Assembly: GCA_965206595.1 (NCBI GenBank)
Contig: OZ242214.1
Coordinates: 6,656,001 to 6,720,000 of the forward strand
DNA: 64,000 bases
DNA from: Candidatus Latescibacterota bacterium
Lineage (GTDB): Bacteria; Latescibacterota; UBA2968; UBA8231
Reading direction: 5' to 3'
The notes below the pieces were generated by a model, which saw only the letters and a list, made by a program, of their open reading frames with translations, did no database searches and was not told the DNA's origin. Made by a program: the position numbers and the translations under genes. The first letter of the stretch is position 1; each line of letters begins with the position of its first letter. This document shows positions 27,888-38,913 of this stretch, piece by piece.

Positions 27888-29930
27888 ATGGCAAACCGGA
27901 CCTGGGTCGCCGCCATCTTCCTAGTCGCCCTTCTGCTGCGTCTGGGTTACCTCGCCGACGTTTCCGAGTCACCCTACTTCGACACCCTTATTCTCGATGC
28001 CGAGGAGTACGACCACCTGGCCGAGGAACTGAGTCGCGGGAACTGGCGGCTCGACGAGAAACAGACCTACGTGCATGGCCTGGGGTATCCCGCCGCCTTG
28101 GCGGCCCTCAAGATCCTGGGCTTCGGACTGACCGGCTTGCGGCTGTGGCAGGCGGTTCTGGGGGCGCTTTCGTGCGTCCTCGTCTACCGCATTGCCCGCC
28201 ACCTGTTCGACCCCGGGGTGGCCGCAATCGCCGGGACTATCGCCGCCGGGTACTGGCCTTTCCTGTTCTTTGGCGGCGAGCTGTTCGCAACCACCTTCTT
28301 CATTTTCATACAACTGCTCCTCGTCGACACCCTGCTCCGCTTCGCCGAGCGCCCCAGCCACGGCGCAGGTGCCGCATCCGGCTTTCTCCTGGGACTGCTC
28401 GTCGCGACCCGCGCAAACGCCCTGCTCGCAATACCAGCGGCCCTCTGGTGGATCTGCCGGTGCTCGGGCCAGAGTTTCTCTTGCGACCGGCAACGACTCT
28501 GGCCTTCCTTCGCGGTCGCCCTCGTGCTGACCCTCTCTCCGTTCGCTCTCCGCAACCATATCGTCCAGGGGGGACCGCTGCCGTTCCAGGGGGCGTGGAG
28601 TTTCTACATGGGGGCCAACCCCGAAGCCGACGGCACCCCCTACGTCCGGCAGGGGTTTCAGTGGCAGCGCCACGAGCTTCTGCCGCTGCGCGCCGGGTTC
28701 GCCGAGCCGGTTTCCAGGGGCTTCTATTACCTGCGGTCCGGAATGCGTTTTGCAGCGGAACACCCCGCGCAATACCTGCATCTACTCTACCGCAAGTTCA
28801 GACTTTTCTGGCACGCATTCGAGATACCCGTGAGCAGCGACCTGTCGTATTACCGGGAACATTCGATCCTGCATCGGATACTCTTGGTCAATTTCGGCGT
28901 CGTCGCGCCCCTGGCTCTGGCAGGCCTGCTCCTGGGTGGATGTCGCGATGCGCGCTATCTCCTTTTGTGGACCTTCGTGCTGGTGTCCCTCGCCACCGGG
29001 ATGTTGTTCACGGTCAGCGCCCGTTACCGCGTCCCGGCTGTCCCGTTCCTCATCGTCATCGGCGCCCACGCATTCTGGGAGCTCGCCGCCCTCGTGCGGG
29101 CGCGGGACTGGCGCAGGACCGCGGTCTTCGTCGCGGTGCTCGCAGCCGCGTCGGCGCTCGTTCACACAGGCGTCGATACAAGGCGGGTCGACCATGTACG
29201 ACCCGGCCTCCTCATGGGGATGGCCCACTACCGGAACGGGGAATACCCCGGCGCGGAACAGGCTTACCTTGAAGGCCTTGCGAAGAACCCCGACGACCCC
29301 GACCTGTTGAACGGCCTGGGAACCGCGTACGCCGCCCAGGGCCGCCATCGCGAAGCGGAAGACGCCTTCGCCAGAGCGATAGCCGTAGCGGATGACTACG
29401 GGCAGCCGCGATTCAACCTCGGGGCCCTGTACCTCCGGCTCGGCCGCCGCCAGGAAGCGATCGCCGCGCTGAAACAGGGGCTGGCAATCGACCTGCGGCC
29501 GATACCCCGGTACCAGGGGAACCTCGCCCTGGGAAACGCCCTCATGCAGGAAGGACAGTTCCGCGAGGCGTCGCGGGCGTTCGAGCGCGCCCTCGGGCAC
29601 CGGCGGGATCCCCACGCCTACTACGGGCTTTCGAACGCCCGCGGCAAGCTCGGGGATGTCGAGTCCCAGGTCCTGGCACTCGAACAAGCAGTAGAGCTCG
29701 ATTCGACCTTCGCCCCGGGGTTGCGCAACCTCGGTGTCCTCTACCTCATACACGGCGAGCCGGAAGCCGCCGAGGCCGCCCTTCTGCAGTCGATCCGCCA
29801 CGATTCCACATCGGCTGTTGCCCACCAGAACCTGTCAGAGCTCTACTCCCGGCGCGGACACCACGAGCGGGCTCGCGCCGCCCTGGACAAGGCCGAACGG
29901 TTGCTGGAACGGGGAATCAGCGAGCGCTAG
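27888..29930 (+). CDS. GT-C (GT39/PMT-like) glycosyltransferase with TPR repeats
   Basis: ILDAEEYD, multi-TM region, TRAN, ARYRVP, followed by several C-terminal TPRs. Confidence 0.8.
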   Translation: MANRTWVAAIFLVALLLRLGYLADVSESPYFDTLILDAEEYDHLAEELSRGNWRLDEKQTYVHGLGYPAALAALKILGFGLTGLRLWQAVLGALSCVLVYRIARHLFDPGVAAIAGTIAAGYWPFLFFGGELFATTFFIFIQLLLVDTLLRFAERPSHGAGAASGFLLGLLVATRANALLAIPAALWWICRCSGQSFSCDRQRLWPSFAVALVLTLSPFALRNHIVQGGPLPFQGAWSFYMGANPEADGTPYVRQGFQWQRHELLPLRAGFAEPVSRGFYYLRSGMRFAAEHPAQYLHLLYRKFRLFWHAFEIPVSSDLSYYREHSILHRILLVNFGVVAPLALAGLLLGGCRDARYLLLWTFVLVSLATGMLFTVSARYRVPAVPFLIVIGAHAFWELAALVRARDWRRTAVFVAVLAAASALVHTGVDTRRVDHVRPGLLMGMAHYRNGEYPGAEQAYLEGLAKNPDDPDLLNGLGTAYAAQGRHREAEDAFARAIAVADDYGQPRFNLGALYLRLGRRQEAIAALKQGLAIDLRPIPRYQGNLALGNALMQEGQFREASRAFERALGHRRDPHAYYGLSNARGKLGDVESQVLALEQAVELDSTFAPGLRNLGVLYLIHGEPEAAEAALLQSIRHDSTSAVAHQNLSELYSRRGHHERARAALDKAERLLERGISER

Positions 29931-30236
29931 TCAGGTCCCTGGATGACCTGCAGAAACCGATGGCCCGGAGGTCACGTCAGCCCGACGCTGGATTGGTGAG
30001 ATCTTGCGAACAAGGTTCCCTGCCTGCCGGCCCGCATGTCAGGACGCCACGACGAATGGTTTTCATGTTTTTGGCCCGAACGGACACCATTCCAGCATCC
30101 TAAAAGTCGAGACTCCGGACACACCGCTTTTTTAAGGGTCTCTGCTTGGTGTCCCCTTATGGCGGCGTATATTGGAGGCCGACCTGGGCCGTTACTCGTC
30201 GAGGAGGAGGAAAGACCGAATGAAGGATTCTTCGAT

Positions 30237-31040
30237 CTACATTCCCGCCTGCGACTGGGACTCGGCCGCATCCCTGCCGCAATCGCTTCCTGGCTGGCGG
30301 TACGCCAAGCGCCTAGTGCTGGTGAACGACAGCCAGGCCATCAGGTCGGGATCGGCTCCGAGCATGCGGTGGGCTCCGACCAGGCCGCCGCGGGCGTGGC
30401 CGCGGATGCGCACCGGGTCGAGGTTGTGGAACAGGGACAGGAGCCTGTCCTTCGCGGCCACCATGGCCTCGTAGTCGTACCCCAGATCCGCGGCCATCGG
30501 CGCCACGGATTCCGGCAGGTCGTGAAAGAAGTAGGAGCGGTGATTCATGTGATGGGGGGCGATTTCGTACCCCCACTCCGGCCCGTCCATCACGGCGCCG
30601 TCCGCCATCGGGAAGTGCTCTAGCGTGTCGACCATGCGTGCCACCCGCGACGCCAGCGTCTTGTCGTCGTGCAGGTGGTGGCCCGTACCGCCTGGACCGG
30701 CGCCACCGTCGGCGTACATGCAGTAAACCTGCATACCGCGGTCTTTGGCGGCGTTCATCGTCTTTTCCAGCAGGGCTCTTTTCTCGGGCAGCTTCTGCTC
30801 CGGCGGCGGCGGTGGCTCGACTCCGAGCCGCGTGTACACCGCCGGGTTCGGATCGTACGCCTCCGCCACGATGTCGCCGGTGGGAGCGGACACTGCATCC
30901 TTCGACAGTCTCGAAGTGCCGAAAACGAGTGGTCCGAACACGACTCCGTCGACGCCGCCCTCCGCCCAGGCATCGAGTATGCGCTCATGATCGTTCATCA
31001 CGCTTTCGAGATCGCGCATTACATCCATCCACAGCTTCAT
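30237..31040 (-). pseudogene. Probably 3'-truncated TIM-barrel/glycoside-hydrolase-like protein
   Basis: MKLWMDVMRDLE...DGAVMDGPEWGYEI. After LMAWLSF the frame runs into the antisense of a convergent gene start with a strong RBS. Confidence 0.5.
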
Positions 31041-31070
31041 GGTCAGCCTCCTTGCCTTTTTCGGCGCCCT

Positions 31071-33061
31071 TCAAACGAAGGACCCGCCGATCGGCTGGTT
31101 TCCCTGCACCCCTGTGAAATGGTCGATAACCAGCCACAAGCCGGAGCAGGAGATCTGCCCCAGAATGAGACCCAGGAAGAATGGCCTCGTCGTCCGGTAC
31201 AGGGAAGGCCCGCCGTACTTGAGGACAACCGACTTGATTGCCCATGCGATCATGACGCTGAACCATAAGTAGGTCATGATGAAAAAAGTGCTTATCGCGA
31301 AGCCCAGCGGATGCAGCGGCCACCAGACCAATCGTGCCCGCGCGGCCACGAGGAGCGCCTGAATAAGCCCGCCGGCGCCGGTGAACAGCCAGCCGCTCCA
31401 GCTCGGTGGGGTTGGATTGGCGATGAACTGGGCAATGTTGGTCCCGGCGTTGTGCGGAACCCCAATGAACCAGAATCCGTGCAGATTTACACCCCGTATT
31501 GGTAGGACAGGACGAGTACGCTCCAGAGCGACCCGGACAGGGCGACGAGAACGGCAAGGGCGATCGCCCATTTCAGCCGCTTTCGGCCGCACCCGATCTC
31601 CTGAGCCAGCCTCAGGGCGTTGGCAAATGCCGGCATGAAGAAGATGCGGATATTCGCCGCCCACACGTAGGTCAACCCCAGGGAAGCGATCCCGAAGCCC
31701 CCGATGGCGCTCGTGCCGAACCCTGAGATGACGAAGTCCGCCGGGGTCAGGGGGGTACGGATCACGGCCACCCCGCCCTCGACGACGGCCCGTTTCAAGG
31801 CCACGAAGACGACGAATGCCGCCAACAGGAACACCGGCACGAGCCACAGCGGCATGCCCGCCTTCCACATCCAGGCGCTGACTACGGCGAGTCCCCCCGA
31901 CATCCCGAACACGGCGGTGCGGTACGACAGCACCTCGTCGCTGTCGTCGATGCCGCCGTTCCTTCCCACAGCCTTGCGAAACACGGCCCCCAGATGGCTC
32001 CGACCCATCCATACCCCGGAAAGCACCAGGACGGCCATGGCCCCCATGGCCTGGTGCGCCAGGAACGGCCCGCTGTGGTTGGCAAACCGACTCAACGTCT
32101 CTGTGCTGGCGACGCCAAATACGTTGAAGGCTCCTCGCTGGACCACTGCCAGCAGGCAGAACATCCATAAGCCCAGGGCAATGTCGCGGCTCAGCAGGTA
32201 GGCGAAACCGATAAGCCCGAAATTCAGCATTACGACCAGGGTGGTGGTCCCGCGGAACACCGGGAAGGAAGTGATCAACGGGCCCTGCCCGTCCGACGTG
32301 GTCATCGGCGGAAGTGCCGGAAAATACTCGTGCAGGGAGTGGTAGGAACCGAGCAGGAAGGGGACCGCAAAACCTATCCACATCACCGGGTTCCGGAAGA
32401 AGGGTTTGAGAACCGAGTCGCCTTCGTCGCGGATCATTTCGAAAGGCACCTGAACCAGGGGATAGAGCAGCTTCTCGCGGTCCATCCACTGCCGGCGCAC
32501 GATGACCATGGCGCATGCGGAGGTCCGGTATACTGCGAGGATCAAGACCACCCACCAGAAAACCGGCTCCACCCAGACCTCCCAGGGAATCGGCATGCCG
32601 GAAGGCAGACCTTCGTAGAATTGGCGGACCGCCTCCTCCCCTTGGGGCACAGCCCAGCCTGGTAGGAAGGAATGGAAAGTGTCGTACCAGGCGTTTTCGG
32701 TAGTCGCGTAATAGGAGTACTCCGCGATGATTGGCAGCAGGTACTCGGAAAACCCGATCGTGGGAATCACGGCGGCGATCATCGCCATGATATAGATCGT
32801 CGCCAGTTCGCCGCGGGTAAAACCCAAACTGCACCTGATCGCTCTGGTCAGGGTATGGACGAATCCGACGAACAGGAAGAAAACGAACAGCGCTGCCGGC
32901 GCATTGTGGTTGTGTGCCAGCAGGCCCCCCTTGATGATCATGTTGGTGTACGGAAGCGACACACCGATGAACAATGCCAGTCCCCCACCGACGAGTAGCG
33001 CTCGCAGACTTACACCGCGCCTGTCCATTTCACCCCGATCCGCGGCTTCTGCGACTGGCAT
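31071..33061 (-). CDS. DUF6785/DUF6784-like polytopic membrane protein (putative transporter), frameshifted at C4 run 31492-31495
   Basis: Motifs RRQWMDREKLLYPL, WWPLHPLGF, KYGGPSLYR..RPFFLGLILG. One extra base joins ...YQYG to GVNLHGFWF and gives about 663 aa. Confidence 0.7.
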
Positions 33062-33219
33062 GGTGGCAAGGATTCCTTTTTTTGCGGACGCAAACCCCTT
33101 CGCGCTTGCCCACCCGAATTAAGTTCTCGGCACAACGGCAACGGGTACGGAGGCCGGGGCCATCAGACACCTGCTGCGGGAAACCAGCACCGACGATGTC
33201 CTCGGTCGCATGATCCTGG

Positions 33220-33490
33220 TCCCGGTACTCAACACACGTATCCGACAGATTGGACTTCGGCGCCGAAGCTGCCCTGGGTGATGTGAGGTTTTCCGCTCTC
33301 CAGGAACGGGCGCCCAAGTCGTCATACGGGCCCGGAACAGTTCCGGCGCAAGCCGTCCTTTGTTGAGGCCCCGTCACTACCTGCAGTTCAAGGTGGATTT
33401 CATCCCCAAGGAGGAGTCAGGAGGAGAGCTCCGGTATTTTGAAGTGCGCGCCTCGATGCCGCCGGTGGCTTCGAGAGCAGTAGGCGAATC
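33220..33490 (+). pseudogene. Decayed fragment of a FlgD/TPNGDG-family gene
   Basis: Manual translation across a frameshift: SDRLDFGAEAALGDVRF / GAQVVIRARN...PRHYLQFKVDF...PPVASRAVGE. Parallels TNILDFGEDLALWGRIRW, VEIRTRTG, PARYFQVRIDF, PSLAEQIVAE of 17155..19374. Confidence 0.5.
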
Positions 33491-33625
33491 CATCCGCGCC
33501 AAGCCGATGTCGGAGAGACCACCCGCTTCACCGCTCCCTGAAACCGACCTTGGAGGCGGCCAGATTCGGCCGGATGAGGACCTTGCCCCTTCCCCCGGAT
33601 CTGCAGAATCCCCTCCGTGTGGCCT

Positions 33626-35218
33626 TCAGGAGACCTTGCGCTCCCAGGGGCCCAGATCGGCGTCGACGAAGTCCCGGTGGAAACTCTTCCCCTTCAAGTA
33701 CTTGATCTCGATCTCGACGTCGCGGACGCTCGCTTCCGGTATCACCTCCGGATCCCTGCGCACCAGGGTCACTTCCAGGACGTTCCTGCCCCGGACCGGC
33801 CAATGCTCCCGGTCGAGCCGGAAAATGAACCAGTACCCGGTCGCCCGGTACCGCGGCGCCGACATGACGTACATCTGGTTCAGCCGGCGCAGCCGCCGCT
33901 CCGGCAGGACCCTGCCGTTGAGGGCGAACTCGATGCGGTCCAGCTCCGTGGCCTGCGCCACCCGCACCCGCAGAAGCACCTCGTGCACCCTGCCGGCACC
34001 GTCCCAGCGCGGCAGGTCGTCGCTCGCGGCGAACTCCAGCCGCACGAGCGCCCCTTCCCGTAGCGCCGCGGGCAACGGGTCGGGAGTCTGCGGCGGCACC
34101 ACCGGCTTGGGCGGCGCTTCGGTCGCCGTCGGTATGCGGTAGAACTTGTCCTTGGGCGCCATCACCTCCGGGTCGGCGATCTCGCGCAGCTTCTCGTAGA
34201 ACTCTGCCTCGTACGGCCAGCTCCCGAACCAGTGCGCCAGGTAGAGTCCGTCGATCCCCTGGGCCCAGAAGTTGCATGCCCCCGCCCTCATCATCTCGAT
34301 GGTGCCCTCCCCTATGCGGTCGGAATTGACCCGGTTCTGAATGGCGGCGATCACCCGGCAGGAGGTGCCGCGCGCCGCCTCGACGAAGGGAGTTAGATCG
34401 GCTGACGGGTCCGCCATGCCCGAGGCTTCGGGGATCACTGCGTCGACGGTACCCCGGCGCATCCACTCCAGCGGCTCGAGGCCGACGGCGAGCCCCCCTT
34501 CGATGTCCGCAGGCACGTGCACCACCAGCTCCCGTTCGCGACCGCCGGCCCTGACCGCCTCGTGCACCTGTCCAATCCACTCCCCCATGATCCGCCTCCC
34601 CTCTTCTGTCTCGTCAGGGTGGAAGTACCAGGGGGTGTAGTTCAGCTGCAGCTCCAGACCGTCCACCGGGTAGCTCGCCAGGACCTCTTCGACAACGGCC
34701 AGGGTGCGGGCGCGCACCTCCGGGTGCGCGAAGTCCGGACATCGATACCCCGGCCAATCGCTCTTTACCCCGCCCTTGGAGCCTACGTCGAGTGGATGCA
34801 GCCTGAACTGCCAGTCGTCCGCTGAAAAATCTTCCTCCTCCCAGCTTTTCAGCATGCGTTCCCTCGGCCCCTGCTGGGCAAGCAGGGTGGCGTAGAGCTG
34901 CATCCCCTTGGCGTGCGCGCGTTCGCACAGCACCCGCAGAGGGTCGTTCCCCTCGACAATCAGGGATGCGAAGTTCTGGTTGGCCCTCCGCCAGATCAGG
35001 TGCGGCCATTTCTCGACGTCCCTGCCCCAGAGCTCTCCCGCTTCCGAATCGTAGAGGAGGCTGCGGATGTCCCCCAGGGTCAGCATCAGCGCCTCTACGG
35101 GAGTGCCGACCAGCTCGTCCACCGCGGCCTCCAGCTCCTCTCTTCGTATCGGAGGCTCGTACATGTAGATGAGGGGATGCCGCCCGTCGTGGTCGAACAT
35201 GATGCGCGGTTTCGCCAT
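33626..35218 (-). CDS. Glycoside-hydrolase-like TIM-barrel protein (GHL10-like) with C-terminal beta-sandwich
   Basis: RIMFDHDG, DFAHPEVR...YPVDGLELQL, GIDGLYL, GRNVLEVTL. Confidence 0.65.
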   Translation of the reverse strand: MAKPRIMFDHDGRHPLIYMYEPPIRREELEAAVDELVGTPVEALMLTLGDIRSLLYDSEAGELWGRDVEKWPHLIWRRANQNFASLIVEGNDPLRVLCERAHAKGMQLYATLLAQQGPRERMLKSWEEEDFSADDWQFRLHPLDVGSKGGVKSDWPGYRCPDFAHPEVRARTLAVVEEVLASYPVDGLELQLNYTPWYFHPDETEEGRRIMGEWIGQVHEAVRAGGRERELVVHVPADIEGGLAVGLEPLEWMRRGTVDAVIPEASGMADPSADLTPFVEAARGTSCRVIAAIQNRVNSDRIGEGTIEMMRAGACNFWAQGIDGLYLAHWFGSWPYEAEFYEKLREIADPEVMAPKDKFYRIPTATEAPPKPVVPPQTPDPLPAALREGALVRLEFAASDDLPRWDGAGRVHEVLLRVRVAQATELDRIEFALNGRVLPERRLRRLNQMYVMSAPRYRATGYWFIFRLDREHWPVRGRNVLEVTLVRRDPEVIPEASVRDVEIEIKYLKGKSFHRDFVDADLGPWERKVS

Positions 35219-35378
35219 GGTTCCCGTGTCCTTTATCGGTTGGCGACGAAGTTTCCGACCGTTGCCCGGTGGTGGGACGGCAAGCCATCTTGTCTCTTCC
35301 CTCCTGCGCGGAGGTCGGCAAACGAGCTCGATCTACCGCGGCCTGCCCGCTCCAGCCCTTTCCGACGGCGACCAAACT

Positions 35379-36620
35379 ATGCAGAAAATCACCGTCTCCC
35401 GAAACGACGATATCTACGAGGCCTTCGCCGACGTCGCCCGGGCGGCCGACGGCACCCTGGTCTGCACCTATCGCGAAAGCATGTGCCACAGCCAGCGCCC
35501 CTTCTCGCGCGTCGTCGTCAGGCGCAGTGGCGACCGGGGTCTGACCTGGGGGCCGCGCCAGGTGATCTGCGAGTGCACGCGCGAAGAGACCGCCGCCGGC
35601 AAGGGCCGCTACAACTGCTCCCGCATCGCTGCCTGCGCCGACGGCACCCTGTTGCTGGTCGTCGACGAGCTTCACGTGCAGGCCTGGGAGGAGTATCTCG
35701 AGCCGGCTCCCTGCAGGAACCTCCTGTTCCGCAGCCGCGACGCCGGGCTCACCTGGGAAGGGCCGGAGGATACCGGCATCACCGCGGGGATCGTGCCCTC
35801 GATCAAGGAGCTGGCCAACGGCGACCTCCTGATCGGAGTCACCGAGCAGTTCGAAGGGGACGACCCCGGCCGGGGGTTTTCGGAAGCCCAGACGGTCTAC
35901 CGTTCCGGCGACGGCGGCGCCACCTGGGAAGGACCGGCGAGGGTGCCCAACCCCCCGGGGCTCACCGTCAGCGGCGAGAAGTGGCGCCTCAACGAGGGGG
36001 ACTTCGCCGAGATGGACGACGGCCGCGTCGTCCTCTACATGCGCGAGGACGGGGAGCGTCTCAGCGCCTGGAAGAGCCTGTCGGAAGACGGCGGCCGCAC
36101 CTGGTCGGAGCCGCTGCGCTCGCAGATCCCGTACTGCCACGGCCGCCCCTCGGTCGGGCGCCTGCGTTCCGGCGAGGTGGCCGTCACCTACCGCATGTCC
36201 ATCGGCCGCTCGACCTCCCTCGCCCTGTACGTCGAGTCCGCGGCGGAGGCGGTGCGCGGACTCCCCGGGGCCGGGGCCCGCGACATGGAGGATTACACGA
36301 GCACCGCGGAGGCGCGCTTCGCCGTGCTCGACAACGACCGCTCCGCGTGGGCGGACAGCGGCTACTCCGGCTGGGTGCAGCTCGACAGCGGCGACCTCTA
36401 CGTCGTCAACTACGTCAACGACGACGCCCCCCGCGCCTTCGTCCGCGGCTACCTGGTCGGCAGGGAGGACTGGTACCTGTTTCCCGAGGGCCGCATACTG
36501 GCCGAGTTGCCCTACGACTGGGAGGGGGAGTACGTCGCCGGGATGCAGGACCTGGCCCGGGAACAGCAGGCATGGGCCGATGCCCGGGACTGGTCGAGCA
36601 GGGTGCCGACGCAGAAGTAG
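35379..36620 (+). CDS. Sialidase/BNR-repeat beta-propeller protein
   Basis: Asp-boxes SGDRGLTW, SRDAGLTW, SGDGGATW, SEDGGRTW, and DSGYSG. Start MQKITVS. Confidence 0.8.
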   Translation: MQKITVSRNDDIYEAFADVARAADGTLVCTYRESMCHSQRPFSRVVVRRSGDRGLTWGPRQVICECTREETAAGKGRYNCSRIAACADGTLLLVVDELHVQAWEEYLEPAPCRNLLFRSRDAGLTWEGPEDTGITAGIVPSIKELANGDLLIGVTEQFEGDDPGRGFSEAQTVYRSGDGGATWEGPARVPNPPGLTVSGEKWRLNEGDFAEMDDGRVVLYMREDGERLSAWKSLSEDGGRTWSEPLRSQIPYCHGRPSVGRLRSGEVAVTYRMSIGRSTSLALYVESAAEAVRGLPGAGARDMEDYTSTAEARFAVLDNDRSAWADSGYSGWVQLDSGDLYVVNYVNDDAPRAFVRGYLVGREDWYLFPEGRILAELPYDWEGEYVAGMQDLAREQQAWADARDWSSRVPTQK

Positions 36621-36780
36621 GGCGTGGGGCAAACCTGGCGGCGGGCCAGCTGCGGGGGATCAGGCGAGGGCGTCGTCGACCAGGGCGCTCCCGGCCCTCG
36701 TCCTGCCATTGCCGGTGCGAACGGTATTGTCGTGCCGGCCTGCTATACTCTTTCCCTGATTCTCACGGTGGAGGATTGAC

Positions 36781-37769
36781 ATGAAATTCATTCTGGCAGC
36801 TGTTCTCGGCGTCGCTCTGGCGGCGACCGCTTCTGCCCATGAACCCCCAGGGATTTTCAGCCTTGCCTGGCCGTGGCCGACCGGCTATGAGCCGACCCTG
36901 GACGGAGACCTTTCGGAATGGGACATCGTCCGGACGAATTCCGCATTCCCTTCTCCTCAGAGGACTCCCACTACAGCGATCCTGAAGGCAACCGGCCGAC
37001 CGACTTCAACGATCTCAACTCCGAAATCATCGTCAGCTGGAGCGAATGCGAGAACAAGCTCTACGTGATGGAGAAGCGCTACGACGATTTCTACGACCGC
37101 AACGGTATCGGCACGGCCTATGGCGGAGACGACTTCCTCGAGATGCATCTCGACGGCGATCACGGCGGCGAACCGTTCTGGTTCAGCGACGAGGACTACC
37201 CGGATCCGGACGAACGCGCCCTCAACATGGGCCGCCGGGCCCAGACCTTCCACACCCGTTTCCCCGACCTGCCCGGCAGCACCGGTATGGGTCTTGAGAG
37301 CTGGGCCTGGTTCTGGGTCAGCCAGTCGACCTGGCATGACCAGCCGCAGTACATGGACCGTCGCTTCAAGATCGACGGCCAGCCGAATCAGGGTGAGGCC
37401 ACCCTCTACATCGAGTTCAGCACTGTGATGTGGGACGAGTTCATCTGGAACGATCCGGATGCCTCGGTTCAGACCGACCTCGAAGAGAACAACATCATCG
37501 GCCTGGGCTGGATTTACGGCGACCATGACCGCTCGGATTGGGACGCGGAGCTCCCTGGAGAGTGGTGGATCCTGTCCGGGGCCAGCGATGCCTGGAAGAC
37601 CTCGGCTGCGGCTTCGGACTTCCTTCTAGATCCGGTCCGCTCTGGTTGTTCCGAGGGGATCTGGTGCGGGCCGAAAAACCTTGGGAAGTGGCCCGATTGC
37701 GCCGAAGATTTCGAAACGGCTGTCGAAAAGCGGTCCTGGGGGCGCATCAAGGAAGCGTTCATACGGTAG
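36781..37769 (+). CDS. Second HEPPG-family secreted protein with WGRIK tail, frameshifted at 36930-36931
   Basis: MKFILAA...ASA|HEPPG...PTLDGDLSEWDIV. Adding one C gives ...VPDEFRI..., LDGDHGG, tail TAVEKRSWGRIKEAF (about 329 aa). Confidence 0.7.
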
Positions 37770-38012
37770 CATCCGCCGTCCCGGAGCCCGACCCCCTCGA
37801 CCCGGGATTCTGGTTGGGCCGAAAGGGATGGACTATTCTACAACCTCGCTCCCCAGTCCCCAGTCCTTGCCGCAGGTGATCGGACGGGCACAGGCCGTGC
37901 CAATTCAAAACCCCGAACACTTCCTGATTTCCTGCTACTTACCAACCACCTCCCACAACCATTTTTTCCGCGAGTCCCGCCTCCGGGACAGCAGTTCGAG
38001 AGGAAACCACCA

Positions 38013-38790
38013 ATGCGAGAGAAGCGCATCCTGATCGGAGATTTCACCCGCAAAGAGTTCAGGGAAATGCTGGCGGCCGGCACCATCGAGGCCGCGGTGG
38101 TTCCGACCGGCACCATCGAGCGGCACCATCGAGCAGCACCTCGAGCATCTCGAAATGTGCCACGACAGCGCCGCAGTCACCCACGTGGCGCATCAGGCCG
38201 CCCTCGCCCTGCACCCGAAGGTGGTGGTGGCGCCGACGGTGCAGGTCGGGGTGTCCGAGCATCACATGCCCCACCCGGGAACCCTGACGACCCGCGTCGG
38301 CACCTTTCTCGACTACGTTTTCGACATCTGCGAAAGCATAACCCGCGCCGGCATCGGCAACGTTCTCGTCCTCAACGGCCACGGCGGCCACATGCACGCC
38401 CTTGGCAAGGAGATGATCCGCTACCGCCAACTCCTGAGGGCGAACGTGGTCTGCATCTCCTACTGGGACCTGTACACGGAAGAGGAGGCGCATGCGCTCA
38501 TGGACAGCAAGCGCCTCCCCGGGCATGCCAACGAGTTCGAAACCTCCTTTGCCCTCGCCGCCTTCCCGGAACGCGTCCACGTCGAGGACATCGACGACGC
38601 CGACACCAAGCTCGCCACCGCGGAGAAGGGGCGGCGCGCCATCGATATCGTGGTGCCGCGCGTTACCGAGGTACTCGAGCGCATCTCGCAAGGGGAGACT
38701 CCCGCGATCGAGGCGCGCACCTTCACCCCCGACGGCGTTGTCACCGGGGCGGAGAAGTATTCCTACCAGGCGGGAAGGACGGAGGCGTAG
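38013..38790 (+). pseudogene. Creatininase/creatinine amidohydrolase family, broken by a 13-bp tandem duplication
   Basis: CGGCACCATCGAG repeated at 38108-38133. Removing one copy restores PTGTIEQH. Motifs GVSEHH, NGHGG, GHANEFETS. Confidence 0.8.
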
Positions 38791-38913
38791 CCGTTTCCAC
38801 CGTCCTTCACCTTGAATCCCCGCGGGCGGCGTATTCGCAACCCCACGGCCGTCCTAGTGGGAGCCCCGGGGAACTGCTCCCCTGCCGGGCGCCGCGCCCC
38901 TCGTCTGCCGGAC

